Below are positions 1-8,249 of a DNA stretch of 45,398 nucleotides, piece by piece. The stretch's first letter is position 1. The number at the start of each line of letters is the position of its first letter. Source of the DNA: a virus (taxonomy: Duplodnaviria > Caudoviricetes); IMG/VR virus record IMGVR_UViG_3300020045_001946, positions 1 through 45,398 of that record; one strand, given 5' to 3'. Position numbers and translations under genes: made by a program. The notes beneath the pieces were generated by a model. That model searched no databases. It saw only the letters and a list, made by a program, of their open reading frames with translations, and was not told where the DNA came from.

Positions 1-121
1 AATTGCTAAACGTGGATTACCTAATGTTCCAGAACCTGATACTTATAACCTAGGAGAGGATATTCAGATGGGTAACAAGCCAGTATCTAAGTACCAACAA
101 CCAAGTAATCTACCTGTTGCT
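1..121. repeat. Terminal overlap, identical to 45278-45398 (circular assembly)
   Basis: Exact 121-bp match lying inside one continuous ORF. Confidence 0.97.
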
Positions 122-952
122 GAAGGCTCACCTAAAGTATACTCTAAGAGAAATGGTCCATCATCTAACTATTATGTTCCAGAAAATAGACTACCTTCTA
201 TTGATGTTGGTGAGCAAACAAAATCTAAATATCTAGCAGACCAAGGACTACCAGCAGCACAAGGAGCTCCAAAAACATATTCAAAAATGAGTGGACCAGA
301 ATATGAACCATATATCCCAGACAACAAACTACCTACAATACGTGGCATGTCAACTCCAGAGAACCTAGCTGCATTAGGAGTAGTAGGAGCAACAGGTATT
401 GGTGCTTACAATAAATGGAAAGACCAAGGTCAATATACAGCAGAACCAACTACACCAGAAGAACCATTTATGAAACCTGTGGTAAATGAACAAGCCGTAG
501 AAGAATATAAGAAAGGAATCATAGATGGTATTGACATCTCTAAGTATGCTACAGACCCACAACATGAAGTTAAGGTTCGTAGTATATACGATACACTACC
601 TGAAGTAGCAACATCTACTGAAGCTCAGTCTTACATCAACAACCTTAAAGACAAGTACGGACACAAGATTAAAGTTACAGGTGATATGATATACAAAGCT
701 GCTAAAGAGTATGGAGTATCAATGAAACTAATGATTGCATTAATGCAGAATGACAGTATGTTTGGTACTACAGGTAAAGGCTCTAAGAGTAACAATCCTG
801 GTAACATTGGTAACACCGACACTGGTGCTATGATATTTTATCCTAGTATGTCAGAAGGTGTTAAAGCAGTAGCTAGACAACTAGCACGATTCAAAGCTTC
901 TCAAGAAGGAAGAACTACAGACTTCAAAGGTACAGGTAAGATGGTTAAGTAA
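1..952 (+). CDS. C-terminal part of an ~894-aa ejection/internal virion protein (starts at 43545) with a lysozyme/glucosaminidase-like domain
   Basis: In frame with 43545 across the junction; AAKEYGVS...ALMQNDSMFG...NNPGNIG...SMSEGVKA motifs. Confidence 0.75.
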   Translation, partial: IAKRGLPNVPEPDTYNLGEDIQMGNKPVSKYQQPSNLPVAEGSPKVYSKRNGPSSNYYVPENRLPSIDVGEQTKSKYLADQGLPAAQGAPKTYSKMSGPEYEPYIPDNKLPTIRGMSTPENLAALGVVGATGIGAYNKWKDQGQYTAEPTTPEEPFMKPVVNEQAVEEYKKGIIDGIDISKYATDPQHEVKVRSIYDTLPEVATSTEAQSYINNLKDKYGHKIKVTGDMIYKAAKEYGVSMKLMIALMQNDSMFGTTGKGSKSNNPGNIGNTDTGAMIFYPSMSEGVKAVARQLARFKASQEGRTTDFKGTGKMVK

Positions 953-958
953 TATAGG

Positions 959-995
959 AAAAACAAAACCCCACGAAATGTGGGGATTGTTTTTG
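959..995. terminator. Bidirectional intrinsic terminator between the convergent arms
   Basis: AAAACAAAACCCCAC-GAAAT-GTGGGGATTGTTTTT. Confidence 0.85.
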
Positions 996-1000
996 TGTAC

Positions 1001-1414
1001 TTATACTAGTTTTAGGTTTCTCGCACAAGTCCACTGTTTTGCTTGACCTATGGAAAACATATAACTCATTATTTCTAATTGTTGGTCTGTATTCCATATA
1101 TCAGGATTTTCAATCCTAACAATCTTTGCGTAATAATAGAAGGTAGGTTTAAGAAATTGAGCTACCCCAAATGCTCCACCGTAAGGGTCAGAAGCATTAT
1201 ATGCTGTTTCTTTAAATCTAGACTCACACTCTATTGTTTTTGTAATTGACTGGGGATTAACACCATATTGGTTTGCATACTTAGTGATTTTTTGGTCAAT
1301 AGTAAGCTCTTTAACCTCTATGGTTGTTACAGTTAAGGGTTCAATAGTTACTGCATTTGCTATTGAGGCAGTCAGCATTGTGCACAATGCTACTGTAAAG
1401 ATGTATTTTAACAT
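1001..1414 (-). CDS. Secreted SLT-family lytic transglycosylase
   Basis: Signal peptide MLKYIFTVALC...ANA; CESRF, GVAQF, W..C motifs; ATG 1414 preferred over the track start at 1525. Confidence 0.85.
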   Translation of the reverse strand: MLKYIFTVALCTMLTASIANAVTIEPLTVTTIEVKELTIDQKITKYANQYGVNPQSITKTIECESRFKETAYNASDPYGGAFGVAQFLKPTFYYYAKIVRIENPDIWNTDQQLEIMSYMFSIGQAKQWTCARNLKLV

Positions 1415-1570
1415 AATTACCCAAGAGTCGCTGGCTAGCCTACTGTTGGGATTACTTAAGTTTAGCGTATTCTGACCAGTTTGTAAAGGTCTTAGACAAA
1501 TAAGGTGTGGATTTCTCGTCCTCAAAAACCTTTAAAATTGGGTTGTAATAGCTAGTTTTGATGTTAAATT

Positions 1571-1714
1571 TTACCATAATGTGTATAAGTTCTTAATTTC
1601 AGGGTATATTTGTTTAAAGAATCTTTGATTACAGGCGTTTTTATAGACCTTTTGTTTCCCGTCGTGGTCTATAATGTTAAACTGTAATTTTACCCAATTG
1701 TCAGGATATTTCAT
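1571..1714 (-). CDS. Small hypothetical protein (47 aa)
   Basis: MKYPDNWVKLQF..., tightly packed after 1716..1904. Confidence 0.55.
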   Translation of the reverse strand: MKYPDNWVKLQFNIIDHDGKQKVYKNACNQRFFKQIYPEIKNLYTLW

Positions 1715-1715
1715 A

Positions 1716-1904
1716 TTATTTATATTTTCTATATAACTCCCATGTTATTTTATACCAAACATGTTTCCAGTTATTTTTATTTATAATGTACTCTTTAAAA
1801 TAATGCCAATAGCAGTATCTATATCCTGCTAATGAATATATTTTTACTTTTGATTCACACATCAAACATTTATAGTGGTCGTGTCTTGGATATTTTTTTA
1901 CCAT
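1716..1904 (-). CDS. Small Zn-finger-like protein
   Basis: CxxC...CxxH; overlaps the dnaB stop. Confidence 0.6.
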   Translation of the reverse strand: MVKKYPRHDHYKCLMCESKVKIYSLAGYRYCYWHYFKEYIINKNNWKHVWYKITWELYRKYK

Positions 1905-3181
1905 TTGTTTATATTATCTACTTCAATAAAGTTCATTTTAGCAGCATTAAAGTTAAAGTCTAACTCACCACATGCTCCGTTACGGTGTTTAGCTATAATG
2001 AGTTGTACATCTTTTCCTCCGTAAGAATCAGGTTCTTTTGCTTCGGAATTTAAGAACATAACTATGTCTGCATCTTGTTCAATACTGCCTGAATCTCGTA
2101 GGTCCGACAACCTAGGCTTACCACCTCTGGACTCTACATTACGTGATAACTGACTTAGAGCCAACACTGGTATATTAAAGTCCTTGGCTATCATCTTTAA
2201 CCCCCTTGAGATTTCAGTAACCTCTGACACCATATTTGAGGTGTTCTTACCTGTGGCCATAAGCTGTAGGTAGTCTACAATAATGAATCCTAGCTTTTCT
2301 GTATGTCTAGCGTTATGAGACTTAATAGCTACTCTAATATCCTTTAGTTGTATGCCAGCTTTATCATTGAAGAACAATGGAGCAGTACGAATTATCTCTC
2401 CTCCTAGCTCTAAAGCCTGTAATTCCATGTCAGAAACCTTACCTGATTTAAGCTTGTTTAATTCGACTTTTGACTCACAGGAAATCAATCTCTGTATGAG
2501 TTGTTCAGCACCCATTTCTAGTGAAAAGAACAATGTGGGGATTTTTGCCTCCACAGCAACGTTTCGTGCTAATTGTAGAGCAAAGCTAGACTTACCTATT
2601 GCAGGACGTGCAGCGAGGATTATAAGGTCAGTTTCATGTAATCCTGAGGTCTTACGGTTAAGATTATCCCATCCAGTAGGTATTCCTGTAGTGTCTTGTG
2701 GATTAGCTTTGAGGTATTTAACGTTAGCTAGGATTTCTTCAATCTCTGACTTAGTATCTACATCACCTTTAGATTTCTCTGTAGATTGTAGACTAGCTAG
2801 TTTATCTTCTAATTGAGATATTAGCTTGACAGAATCTAACCCTCCATTAATCTGTATTAACGCAAGGTTAGCTATGTCAGTTAGTTTACGGAGTCTTGAT
2901 TGTTCCTTTACACGCTTATAGTAGAAGTCATAATTAGATACAGACGTAACCACAGAAATTAAATCAGATAACTTCTCTTCCCCAACCTCTGATAACTCAT
3001 CAGTCTTACGTAACTGGGAAGTAATAGTCATTATGTCAACAGGCTCACCTGAGTCCATTAATACCTTGATTGAGTTGAACACCAGACGATTCTTGTAGTC
3101 ATCAAAATCATCTGCAACTAAGTCATTCTCTTGTTCTTGTAGGAGTAAGCATCCTAGTAGATAGTTTTCGTTTTCTAGCAT
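1898..3181 (-). CDS. dnaB: Replicative DNA helicase DnaB
   Basis: ILAARPAIGKS, FSLEM, IVDYLQLM, LSQLSR, SDLRDSGSIEQDAD, AKHRNG. Confidence 0.97.
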   Translation of the reverse strand: MLENENYLLGCLLLQEQENDLVADDFDDYKNRLVFNSIKVLMDSGEPVDIMTITSQLRKTDELSEVGEEKLSDLISVVTSVSNYDFYYKRVKEQSRLRKLTDIANLALIQINGGLDSVKLISQLEDKLASLQSTEKSKGDVDTKSEIEEILANVKYLKANPQDTTGIPTGWDNLNRKTSGLHETDLIILAARPAIGKSSFALQLARNVAVEAKIPTLFFSLEMGAEQLIQRLISCESKVELNKLKSGKVSDMELQALELGGEIIRTAPLFFNDKAGIQLKDIRVAIKSHNARHTEKLGFIIVDYLQLMATGKNTSNMVSEVTEISRGLKMIAKDFNIPVLALSQLSRNVESRGGKPRLSDLRDSGSIEQDADIVMFLNSEAKEPDSYGGKDVQLIIAKHRNGACGELDFNFNAAKMNFIEVDNINKW

Positions 3182-3660
3182 AAGTTTAATTCATCAAATT
3201 CATCTAATGATTGTTTATAAATCGACCACAAGTCCCCAAACTTCTCTTTGTAATCCTTATCTACACTAAGCATTACTAACTGTCCATTGATTATATCAGC
3301 CTGTAGGGTTTTAATCAAGAACAATGTCTGTACATCTACTAATCCATATCCTGCTCGAAACTCTGGTTTTAACCCTCCATAACCATAATCATTATGGAAT
3401 CTAACTAGGTCTTCATGAGATTGAAACTTATACTTTGGTGTTCTACCCACAGTATCTATGTTCATTGTTATGGTCTTTATATCAGCTAAACTACCACACC
3501 ACATCTGGTCCGTAGACTCTATTGTGATAGGATATGCAGACAATGGAAGACCTCCTTGTTTATAGTTCTCTTTCTTCTCTTCTACTAGTAAATGCAAGTC
3601 GTTTGCACGTTGCTCTGTTACTAGTAGTTCTTCAAAGTTGTTTAATAAAATTTTAGCCAT
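3175..3660 (-). CDS. Hypothetical protein
   Basis: 161-aa ORF overlapping the dnaB start. Confidence 0.7.
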   Translation of the reverse strand: MAKILLNNFEELLVTEQRANDLHLLVEEKKENYKQGGLPLSAYPITIESTDQMWCGSLADIKTITMNIDTVGRTPKYKFQSHEDLVRFHNDYGYGGLKPEFRAGYGLVDVQTLFLIKTLQADIINGQLVMLSVDKDYKEKFGDLWSIYKQSLDEFDELNLC

Positions 3661-3833
3661 TATCTTAATATTGATATTTTATAAACTTGTTTTGTAGTGA
3701 ATATTCCTACACTTGTTAATATTGTTGAGTTTCCTTTTTTACCAAGAAACTTACCAATTAATTTATCTCCGTTATGGAAGAATATTAATACTCTCTTACC
3801 CTGTGGTGCTGATGTATGTCCTAATTTTTTCAT
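3660..3833 (-). CDS. Small protein with possible Sm/Hfq-like fold (57 aa)
   Basis: MKKLGHTSAPQGKRVLIFFHNGDKLIGKFLGKKGNSTILTSVGIFTTKQVYKISILR; coupled to both neighbours. Confidence 0.55.
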   Translation of the reverse strand: MKKLGHTSAPQGKRVLIFFHNGDKLIGKFLGKKGNSTILTSVGIFTTKQVYKISILR

Positions 3834-4003
3834 ACTATTTCATAAATTAACCCCTGACACACCTCTCCAACCTTTATCCCTTGATATTTCAAAGCATCCT
3901 CCACTAGCTGTTTTAAGTGTCCGTGATTTCCTGGATTCATCTCTGTAAGGAAGGAGACTTTTATTGTTATGGACTGTGCTTCATTATTGTTATTATTTTT
4001 CAT
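3830..4003 (-). CDS. Small hypothetical protein, paralog of 5342..5512
   Basis: 57 aa; shared TI.V.F...M.P....HLK.L..D.L...GI....V..GL pattern. Confidence 0.65.
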   Translation of the reverse strand: MKNNNNNEAQSITIKVSFLTEMNPGNHGHLKQLVEDALKYQGIKVGEVCQGLIYEIV

Positions 4004-4748
4004 ATAATCTCTTATTTATAATATCAATATACTCCTGCTCTTTTTCCATGAGGATGTAGTTGCGACCTGTGTTCTTACAAGCTACTCCCGTAGTTCCACT
4101 ACCTGCAAATGGGTCGAGGATAGTATCTCCCTCGTTTGAGTGGATTTTAACTAATTCCTCCATTAGTTTTATATTCTTTTGTGTGGGATGTAAACCAGAT
4201 TGAATAGAGTGAACAAACTTTGGTCTTTGATAGTTTGGGTCTTGCCTGTTAAATGTCCATTTTGCTCTTGGTTTCACAAACCATATTGCACACTCGTAAT
4301 CGGTAATATATCTCCTGTCTCTATTTCTAGGCATTGGATTTGTTTTTTCTAACCTTAACATATCCTTTGTTTCAAACCCAACTCTTTCAGCTTCTTTTAC
4401 TATATATCCTAAGTTTTTCCAACCATTGAATACAACAAATCCTCCACCTTCTTTTAATACCCTAAAAGAATCTTCTATATAGGAAAAAATATCTGCTTCC
4501 TTGTCCCATTCCCCAAAATCAATACCAGCTCTACCCATTGTTTTAAAATTATTATCTCTAGATATGTTGTATGGTGGGTCTGTTAAAACAAGGTCGATAC
4601 TCTTATCTGGTATATCTTTCATTAGTTCTAAACAGTCTCCGTGGAGTATTGTATTTTTCATTGATTTTTTATTAGGTATTGTAATTTCTTCTTCTGACTT
4701 CATTTGAGGTACTTGGTAGTAGGTGTCTGGGTACATGTTAGTCTTCAT
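3993..4748 (-). CDS. N6-adenine/N4-cytosine DNA methyltransferase, beta class (true start may be 4661)
   Basis: GDCLE, TDPPY, HPTQK, LDPFAGSGTT. Confidence 0.95.
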   Translation of the reverse strand: MKTNMYPDTYYQVPQMKSEEEITIPNKKSMKNTILHGDCLELMKDIPDKSIDLVLTDPPYNISRDNNFKTMGRAGIDFGEWDKEADIFSYIEDSFRVLKEGGGFVVFNGWKNLGYIVKEAERVGFETKDMLRLEKTNPMPRNRDRRYITDYECAIWFVKPRAKWTFNRQDPNYQRPKFVHSIQSGLHPTQKNIKLMEELVKIHSNEGDTILDPFAGSGTTGVACKNTGRNYILMEKEQEYIDIINKRLYEK

Positions 4749-4965
4749 AATTAACCTCTGGTTTTAAAATATCATCCCAAATTTCTCCTAAAAGATTACT
4801 AGCATAAATATTACAGTCATCGTCTTGAGCTATTCCTTCTCCACTAACTTGATTTGTCTTCTTTGCAAATTCAATTATTTTTTCTAGTGTTGTTTTTAGT
4901 TTTTCTTGGGTAACTTCTATAGTTACTTCGGTATTATCATTTATTGTGAATTTAATATTTTCCAT
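4738..4965 (-). CDS. Acidic hypothetical protein
   Basis: 75-aa ORF in operon. Confidence 0.65.
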   Translation of the reverse strand: MENIKFTINDNTEVTIEVTQEKLKTTLEKIIEFAKKTNQVSGEGIAQDDDCNIYASNLLGEIWDDILKPEVNYED

Positions 4966-4979
4966 ATTATTGTGATGAG

Positions 4980-5345
4980 TTAATACAATAAGTTTTTAAT
5001 TCTTTCTAGTACATCTTGCGAAGTATGTCCATCAAAAGTTGGTGCAATCATTAGAGTATCTGCAAAACTTGTTTCAGTCCATCTTTCTGCTGATATGTGG
5101 TAAGTTATCTGTTCCTCAAGTTCTTTTCCTACCCCTAATATAAACCAACCTTCGTAATTACTTCCATCACTATGCTTTTTACTTCTCCAAACATAAAATT
5201 CATCAGTCATTATTTTTGTTAGTGCTTTACATAATGCTATATATAACGTAGTTCTATGGTCATAAAGCTCGTCAAATGTGTGGTATCCATCTGATATAGA
5301 TACCTTATCCTCAATACTTTTTAAGTTTAGTGTTAGTTCTTTCAT
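4980..5345 (-). CDS. WDGH-domain-like protein
   Basis: SDGYHTFDELYDHR, WRSKKHSDG, GWFILG, QITYH, FDGHT motifs. Confidence 0.8.
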   Translation of the reverse strand: MKELTLNLKSIEDKVSISDGYHTFDELYDHRTTLYIALCKALTKIMTDEFYVWRSKKHSDGSNYEGWFILGVGKELEEQITYHISAERWTETSFADTLMIAPTFDGHTSQDVLERIKNLLY

Positions 5346-5512
5346 ACTTTAAATGTTAATCCATGTGTTACCTTATTAGGGGTAATTCCATGTTCTGTTA
5401 AATAATCCTTGAGTAGATGTTTAAGGTGTGATTCTAGATTAGGAGACATCTTACAGTCAAACTCTACTTCTATGGTTAATACTTGCTTGTCGTTTACTAT
5501 TTGGAGGGACAT
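5342..5512 (-). CDS. Small hypothetical protein, paralog of 3830..4003
   Basis: 56 aa MSLQIVNDKQVLTIEVEF...; ATGA overlap. Confidence 0.65.
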   Translation of the reverse strand: MSLQIVNDKQVLTIEVEFDCKMSPNLESHLKHLLKDYLTEHGITPNKVTHGLTFKV

Positions 5513-5513
5513 T

Positions 5514-5678
5514 TTAGTAAATAAAAATACTTTTAATTCTTTTAAAGATTGATTTCCATTGAAATTTTAGTATCTTGTTACATTTGAAACATTCATTTTT
5601 TATGTAATCACTTGTATTATTAAATACTGAGTAATTTTTACAATCGTGTTCTCCAATTTGAGCTGTTTGTGTTTCCAT
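5514..5678 (-). CDS. Small hypothetical protein (HxC...CxxC)
   Basis: 54 aa, tight packing. Confidence 0.55.
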   Translation of the reverse strand: METQTAQIGEHDCKNYSVFNNTSDYIKNECFKCNKILKFQWKSIFKRIKSIFIY

Positions 5679-5679
5679 A

Positions 5680-5859
5680 TTATTTATATAATGTTGATGT
5701 ATAAATTTGTGAGTAATCTTTTGAAGGTAATGGTTTACTATAAGTTGTTCTCATTTCTCCAACCTTAACTTCAAGCCAGATTATTAAATCCCTTAGTTCT
5801 TCCTCTGTCATTTTTGGTAAACCTTTTATGATTAATTTTGCTTTATATTGTTCTTTCAT
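5680..5859 (-). CDS. Small hypothetical protein
   Basis: 59 aa, tight packing. Confidence 0.55.
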   Translation of the reverse strand: MKEQYKAKLIIKGLPKMTEEELRDLIIWLEVKVGEMRTTYSKPLPSKDYSQIYTSTLYK

Positions 5860-5867
5860 ATATTTTA

Positions 5868-6188
5868 TTATTCTTTAGTAATTTCTAACGAGATTCCTTT
5901 CTCCTTCTTATAGGCTAAAATTGACATCATAAACTTTGTTAAATTAACACTTATGTCTGCACCACAACCAAAATAAAACTCTTTTCCATCTCTGTGTGCT
6001 ATTTCAACAATGTCGTTTATCGTCTCTGCTTGAATTTGTTTGATGATTTTAGATTTGAGTTCTTTCATTCTATTTTCAATATGAAGACATACCCCACATG
6101 AGCCACTACGACAATTACACGCTAAATATGTTTCTCTTTGTATTGAGTATTCCTCAAACAACTCATCTAAAGTATTTTCTTTGTTCAT
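5868..6188 (-). CDS. Hypothetical protein (CxC...CxxC)
   Basis: 106-aa ORF in operon. Confidence 0.65.
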   Translation of the reverse strand: MNKENTLDELFEEYSIQRETYLACNCRSGSCGVCLHIENRMKELKSKIIKQIQAETINDIVEIAHRDGKEFYFGCGADISVNLTKFMMSILAYKKEKGISLEITKE

Positions 6189-6381
6189 GGTTTATTTAGT
6201 TAAGTTTAATAATCACTTAGATGAAACCATGCTCCTGTACTGTCTTGTGCAAGTTCTTCATTACATTCTTCGCATAAAGATACGTTATTAAATCCGACTT
6301 TAAATTCTTTTGTTGGATATCCCCAACGTAGTATATTGTGTGTAAATTTTCTTAATAGTTTGTTCATAGTTTATTTAGTTA
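6180..6381 (-). repeat. 23-bp start-associated direct repeat at 6180-6202 and 6359-6381
   Basis: TAACTAAATAAAC(C/T)ATGAACAAA on the minus strand, one mismatch. Confidence 0.8.
6206..6367 (-). CDS. Small hypothetical protein
   Basis: 53 aa, CEEC...QDSTGAWF. Confidence 0.55.
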   Translation of the reverse strand: MNKLLRKFTHNILRWGYPTKEFKVGFNNVSLCEECNEELAQDSTGAWFHLSDY

Positions 6382-6544
6382 TTATTAAAGTCATTATAAA
6401 TGGAGACGATAGTACAAAAAGAACACAACATAATTCTATAAAATGAGTTTCTTTTAGATGTCTTCTATCGTCAATAGTTATAAACCAGCACAATAAGAAC
6501 GGAATCCATATAAACGCAAGTGACCATAAGCATATTTCTTTCAT
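6371..6544 (-). CDS. Small membrane protein
   Basis: 57 aa, two hydrophobic segments, ATGA overlap. Confidence 0.5.
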   Translation of the reverse strand: MKEICLWSLAFIWIPFLLCWFITIDDRRHLKETHFIELCCVLFVLSSPFIMTLIITK

Positions 6545-6843
6545 ACAAGTGTTTTAATTATTTCTAATTCTCCTTTGAGATAGGTGATACGTTCTTCAAT
6601 AACTTGGTGTCGTACACTTTCTTCAATAGTCCATACTTTTTCTGAATTTCTTACTAATAAGTTCTCTTCTCTTAAAATTTCGTTCTCTATGAGGGAGATG
6701 TGGGAGGAGATTAAGAATGATTTTGCTTTTCTTATTTTTTGATTATGTGCTACTGCATTGCCCATCTCAGCACTCCATTCTGGGTTTTCTTCAATAAACT
6801 TATCTACACTTTCCTTAACGAGTTGACTTAGGGTTTTTGGCAT
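6541..6843 (-). CDS. Hypothetical protein
   Basis: 100-aa ORF in operon. Confidence 0.65.
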   Translation of the reverse strand: MPKTLSQLVKESVDKFIEENPEWSAEMGNAVAHNQKIRKAKSFLISSHISLIENEILREENLLVRNSEKVWTIEESVRHQVIEERITYLKGELEIIKTLV

Positions 6844-6853
6844 ATATGGTTAG

Positions 6854-7042
6854 TTATTTTAATAATTTTTTACATTCCTCACAGATGTTTTGTCTTGGGT
6901 CATTATTTTCTTCATACATCTGATTCCCACATTTGAAACAAGGAACAACATTTGGTTCTTGTAATTTTTCCATGTGTTGGCGATAGGCTTCTTGTTCTTC
7001 AACGAATGAACCAAAATCTCCATAATATCCGTCTTTACTCAT
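6854..7042 (-). CDS. Small Zn-finger protein
   Basis: CFKC...CEEC. Confidence 0.65.
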   Translation of the reverse strand: MSKDGYYGDFGSFVEEQEAYRQHMEKLQEPNVVPCFKCGNQMYEENNDPRQNICEECKKLLK

Positions 7043-7043
7043 A

Positions 7044-7493
7044 TTACTTTAAAATATCTATTAAGAATAAACATGTTTCGTCTTCCCACTTATCGACTGT
7101 TTTGGAGAGGTCTAAAGAAATGCCTGTGTGTCCCCATGTCTCGTCAATAGATGTTCTGATTAATCCTCCAGCTTGTTGAATAGAAAAATATGGTGTATGT
7201 TCTCTATAATGTAATGCTGTAAGAACGTCCAATGCAGTAAGTGGTGAGCCGATGATTTCACAAAAAGCTAATCCTTCAGGAGTATTTTTTATAGAAGTAG
7301 ATACTTCTCCATACTTAGAACGTAAATTAATTCTTTCAAAAAATCCGTCTTTATACTCAACTTTTTTTGTTATATCAGTTACATAAAAAAACATATCATC
7401 AATTACTATCTCACACCCAAACACTAGTTCCTTCTTCTTCGGAAGTATCTCGTACAAACGTTCACAGAGTTGTTGTTGTGGAGTTAGTGGCAT
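7044..7493 (-). CDS. Hypothetical protein
   Basis: 149-aa ORF in operon. Confidence 0.7.
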   Translation of the reverse strand: MPLTPQQQLCERLYEILPKKKELVFGCEIVIDDMFFYVTDITKKVEYKDGFFERINLRSKYGEVSTSIKNTPEGLAFCEIIGSPLTALDVLTALHYREHTPYFSIQQAGGLIRTSIDETWGHTGISLDLSKTVDKWEDETCLFLIDILK

Positions 7494-7680
7494 GGTTTTT
7501 ACTTCTTAATATTTTTATAAAAGCTAAAATAGAAAATGCAAGAATTGCGATAGATACTGTTCCAAAAAAGAATAATGGGAATATCTCTATTGGGCTACAG
7601 TAGCTTAACTGACTAAGTGTACACTTTGGTTGTTGTAAATAAAATTCTAGTAGTTCTAATTCTTCTTGGGTGTATGGCAT
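7462..7680 (-). CDS. Small membrane protein
   Basis: One hydrophobic segment. Confidence 0.55.
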   Translation of the reverse strand: MPYTQEELELLEFYLQQPKCTLSQLSYCSPIEIFPLFFFGTVSIAILAFSILAFIKILRSKNHATNSTTTTL

Positions 7681-7681
7681 G

Positions 7682-7882
7682 TTATTTATTACAATATCTA
7701 GCTACTGAAGAATTTTCTGGAACAAAAACTGCTAATGGAAACAAAGCACCAAACATAACTGGAACAGTTTCGTTGTTTGGACATTTATATGTTTTTAAAG
7801 CTACCTGGTTCTCAATATTTGCACCTGTAATTCCAATAATTATTAATTGAAACATAAACCATGAAATTATTATTGTTTTCAT
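7682..7882 (-). CDS. Small membrane/secreted protein
   Basis: Hydrophobic N-terminus, two Cys. Confidence 0.55.
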   Translation of the reverse strand: MKTIIISWFMFQLIIIGITGANIENQVALKTYKCPNNETVPVMFGALFPLAVFVPENSSVARYCNK

Positions 7883-7902
7883 TTTATTTATTGTACTTCC
7901 AC

Positions 7903-8133
7903 CTAATTAAGATTTGTAAAAGTATCATCCTTAAATACCTCATCACTGTTAACCAAGTCAATCTTTGAACTTCCACCATAGTCTGCATACTCGTTTGTTT
8001 TTGCTGACTCTACTACATTGTAGATAATCTTATCATCTATTCCCATAACATCAAGTGATTCGTAACCATAAGTCTGCTGACTAATTAATTCATCACCGTT
8101 GTTATTTAAAATTGTTATTTGAAGTTTGTACAT
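7903..8133 (-). CDS. Acidic hypothetical protein, first gene after the 8169 promoter
   Basis: 76-aa ORF. Confidence 0.65.
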   Translation of the reverse strand: MYKLQITILNNNGDELISQQTYGYESLDVMGIDDKIIYNVVESAKTNEYADYGGSSKIDLVNSDEVFKDDTFTNLN

Positions 8134-8168
8134 AATTAATTTTTAGTTTGTTTTAATCTAACTCCTTA

Positions 8169-8213
8169 ACTATATCACACCTAAATAATCGTGCAAGTAA
8201 GATGTGTGGATAA
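8169..8213 (-). promoter_or_regulatory. Sigma70-type promoter with DnaA box 8 bp upstream of -35
   Basis: TTATCCACA (8213-8205), 8 nt, TTGCAC, 16 nt, TATAGT. Confidence 0.75.
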
Positions 8214-8223
8214 CTACTGATGT

Positions 8224-8249
8224 AAAAAATCCCCCAGTAACGAGGGATT
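8224..8249 (-). terminator. Intrinsic terminator closing the Zn-finger cassette
   Basis: AAATCCCTC-GTTACT-GGGGGATTTTT. Confidence 0.75.

Noticed and set aside
1415-1562. c-di-AMP (ydaO) riboswitch before the SLT gene
   Set aside because: Only loose GCTAA/GTAGGC resemblance; the conserved core motifs are absent
1580-1588. DnaA box TTATACACA
   Set aside because: Lies inside a small ORF and not at the 8-bp position relative to a -35; likely chance
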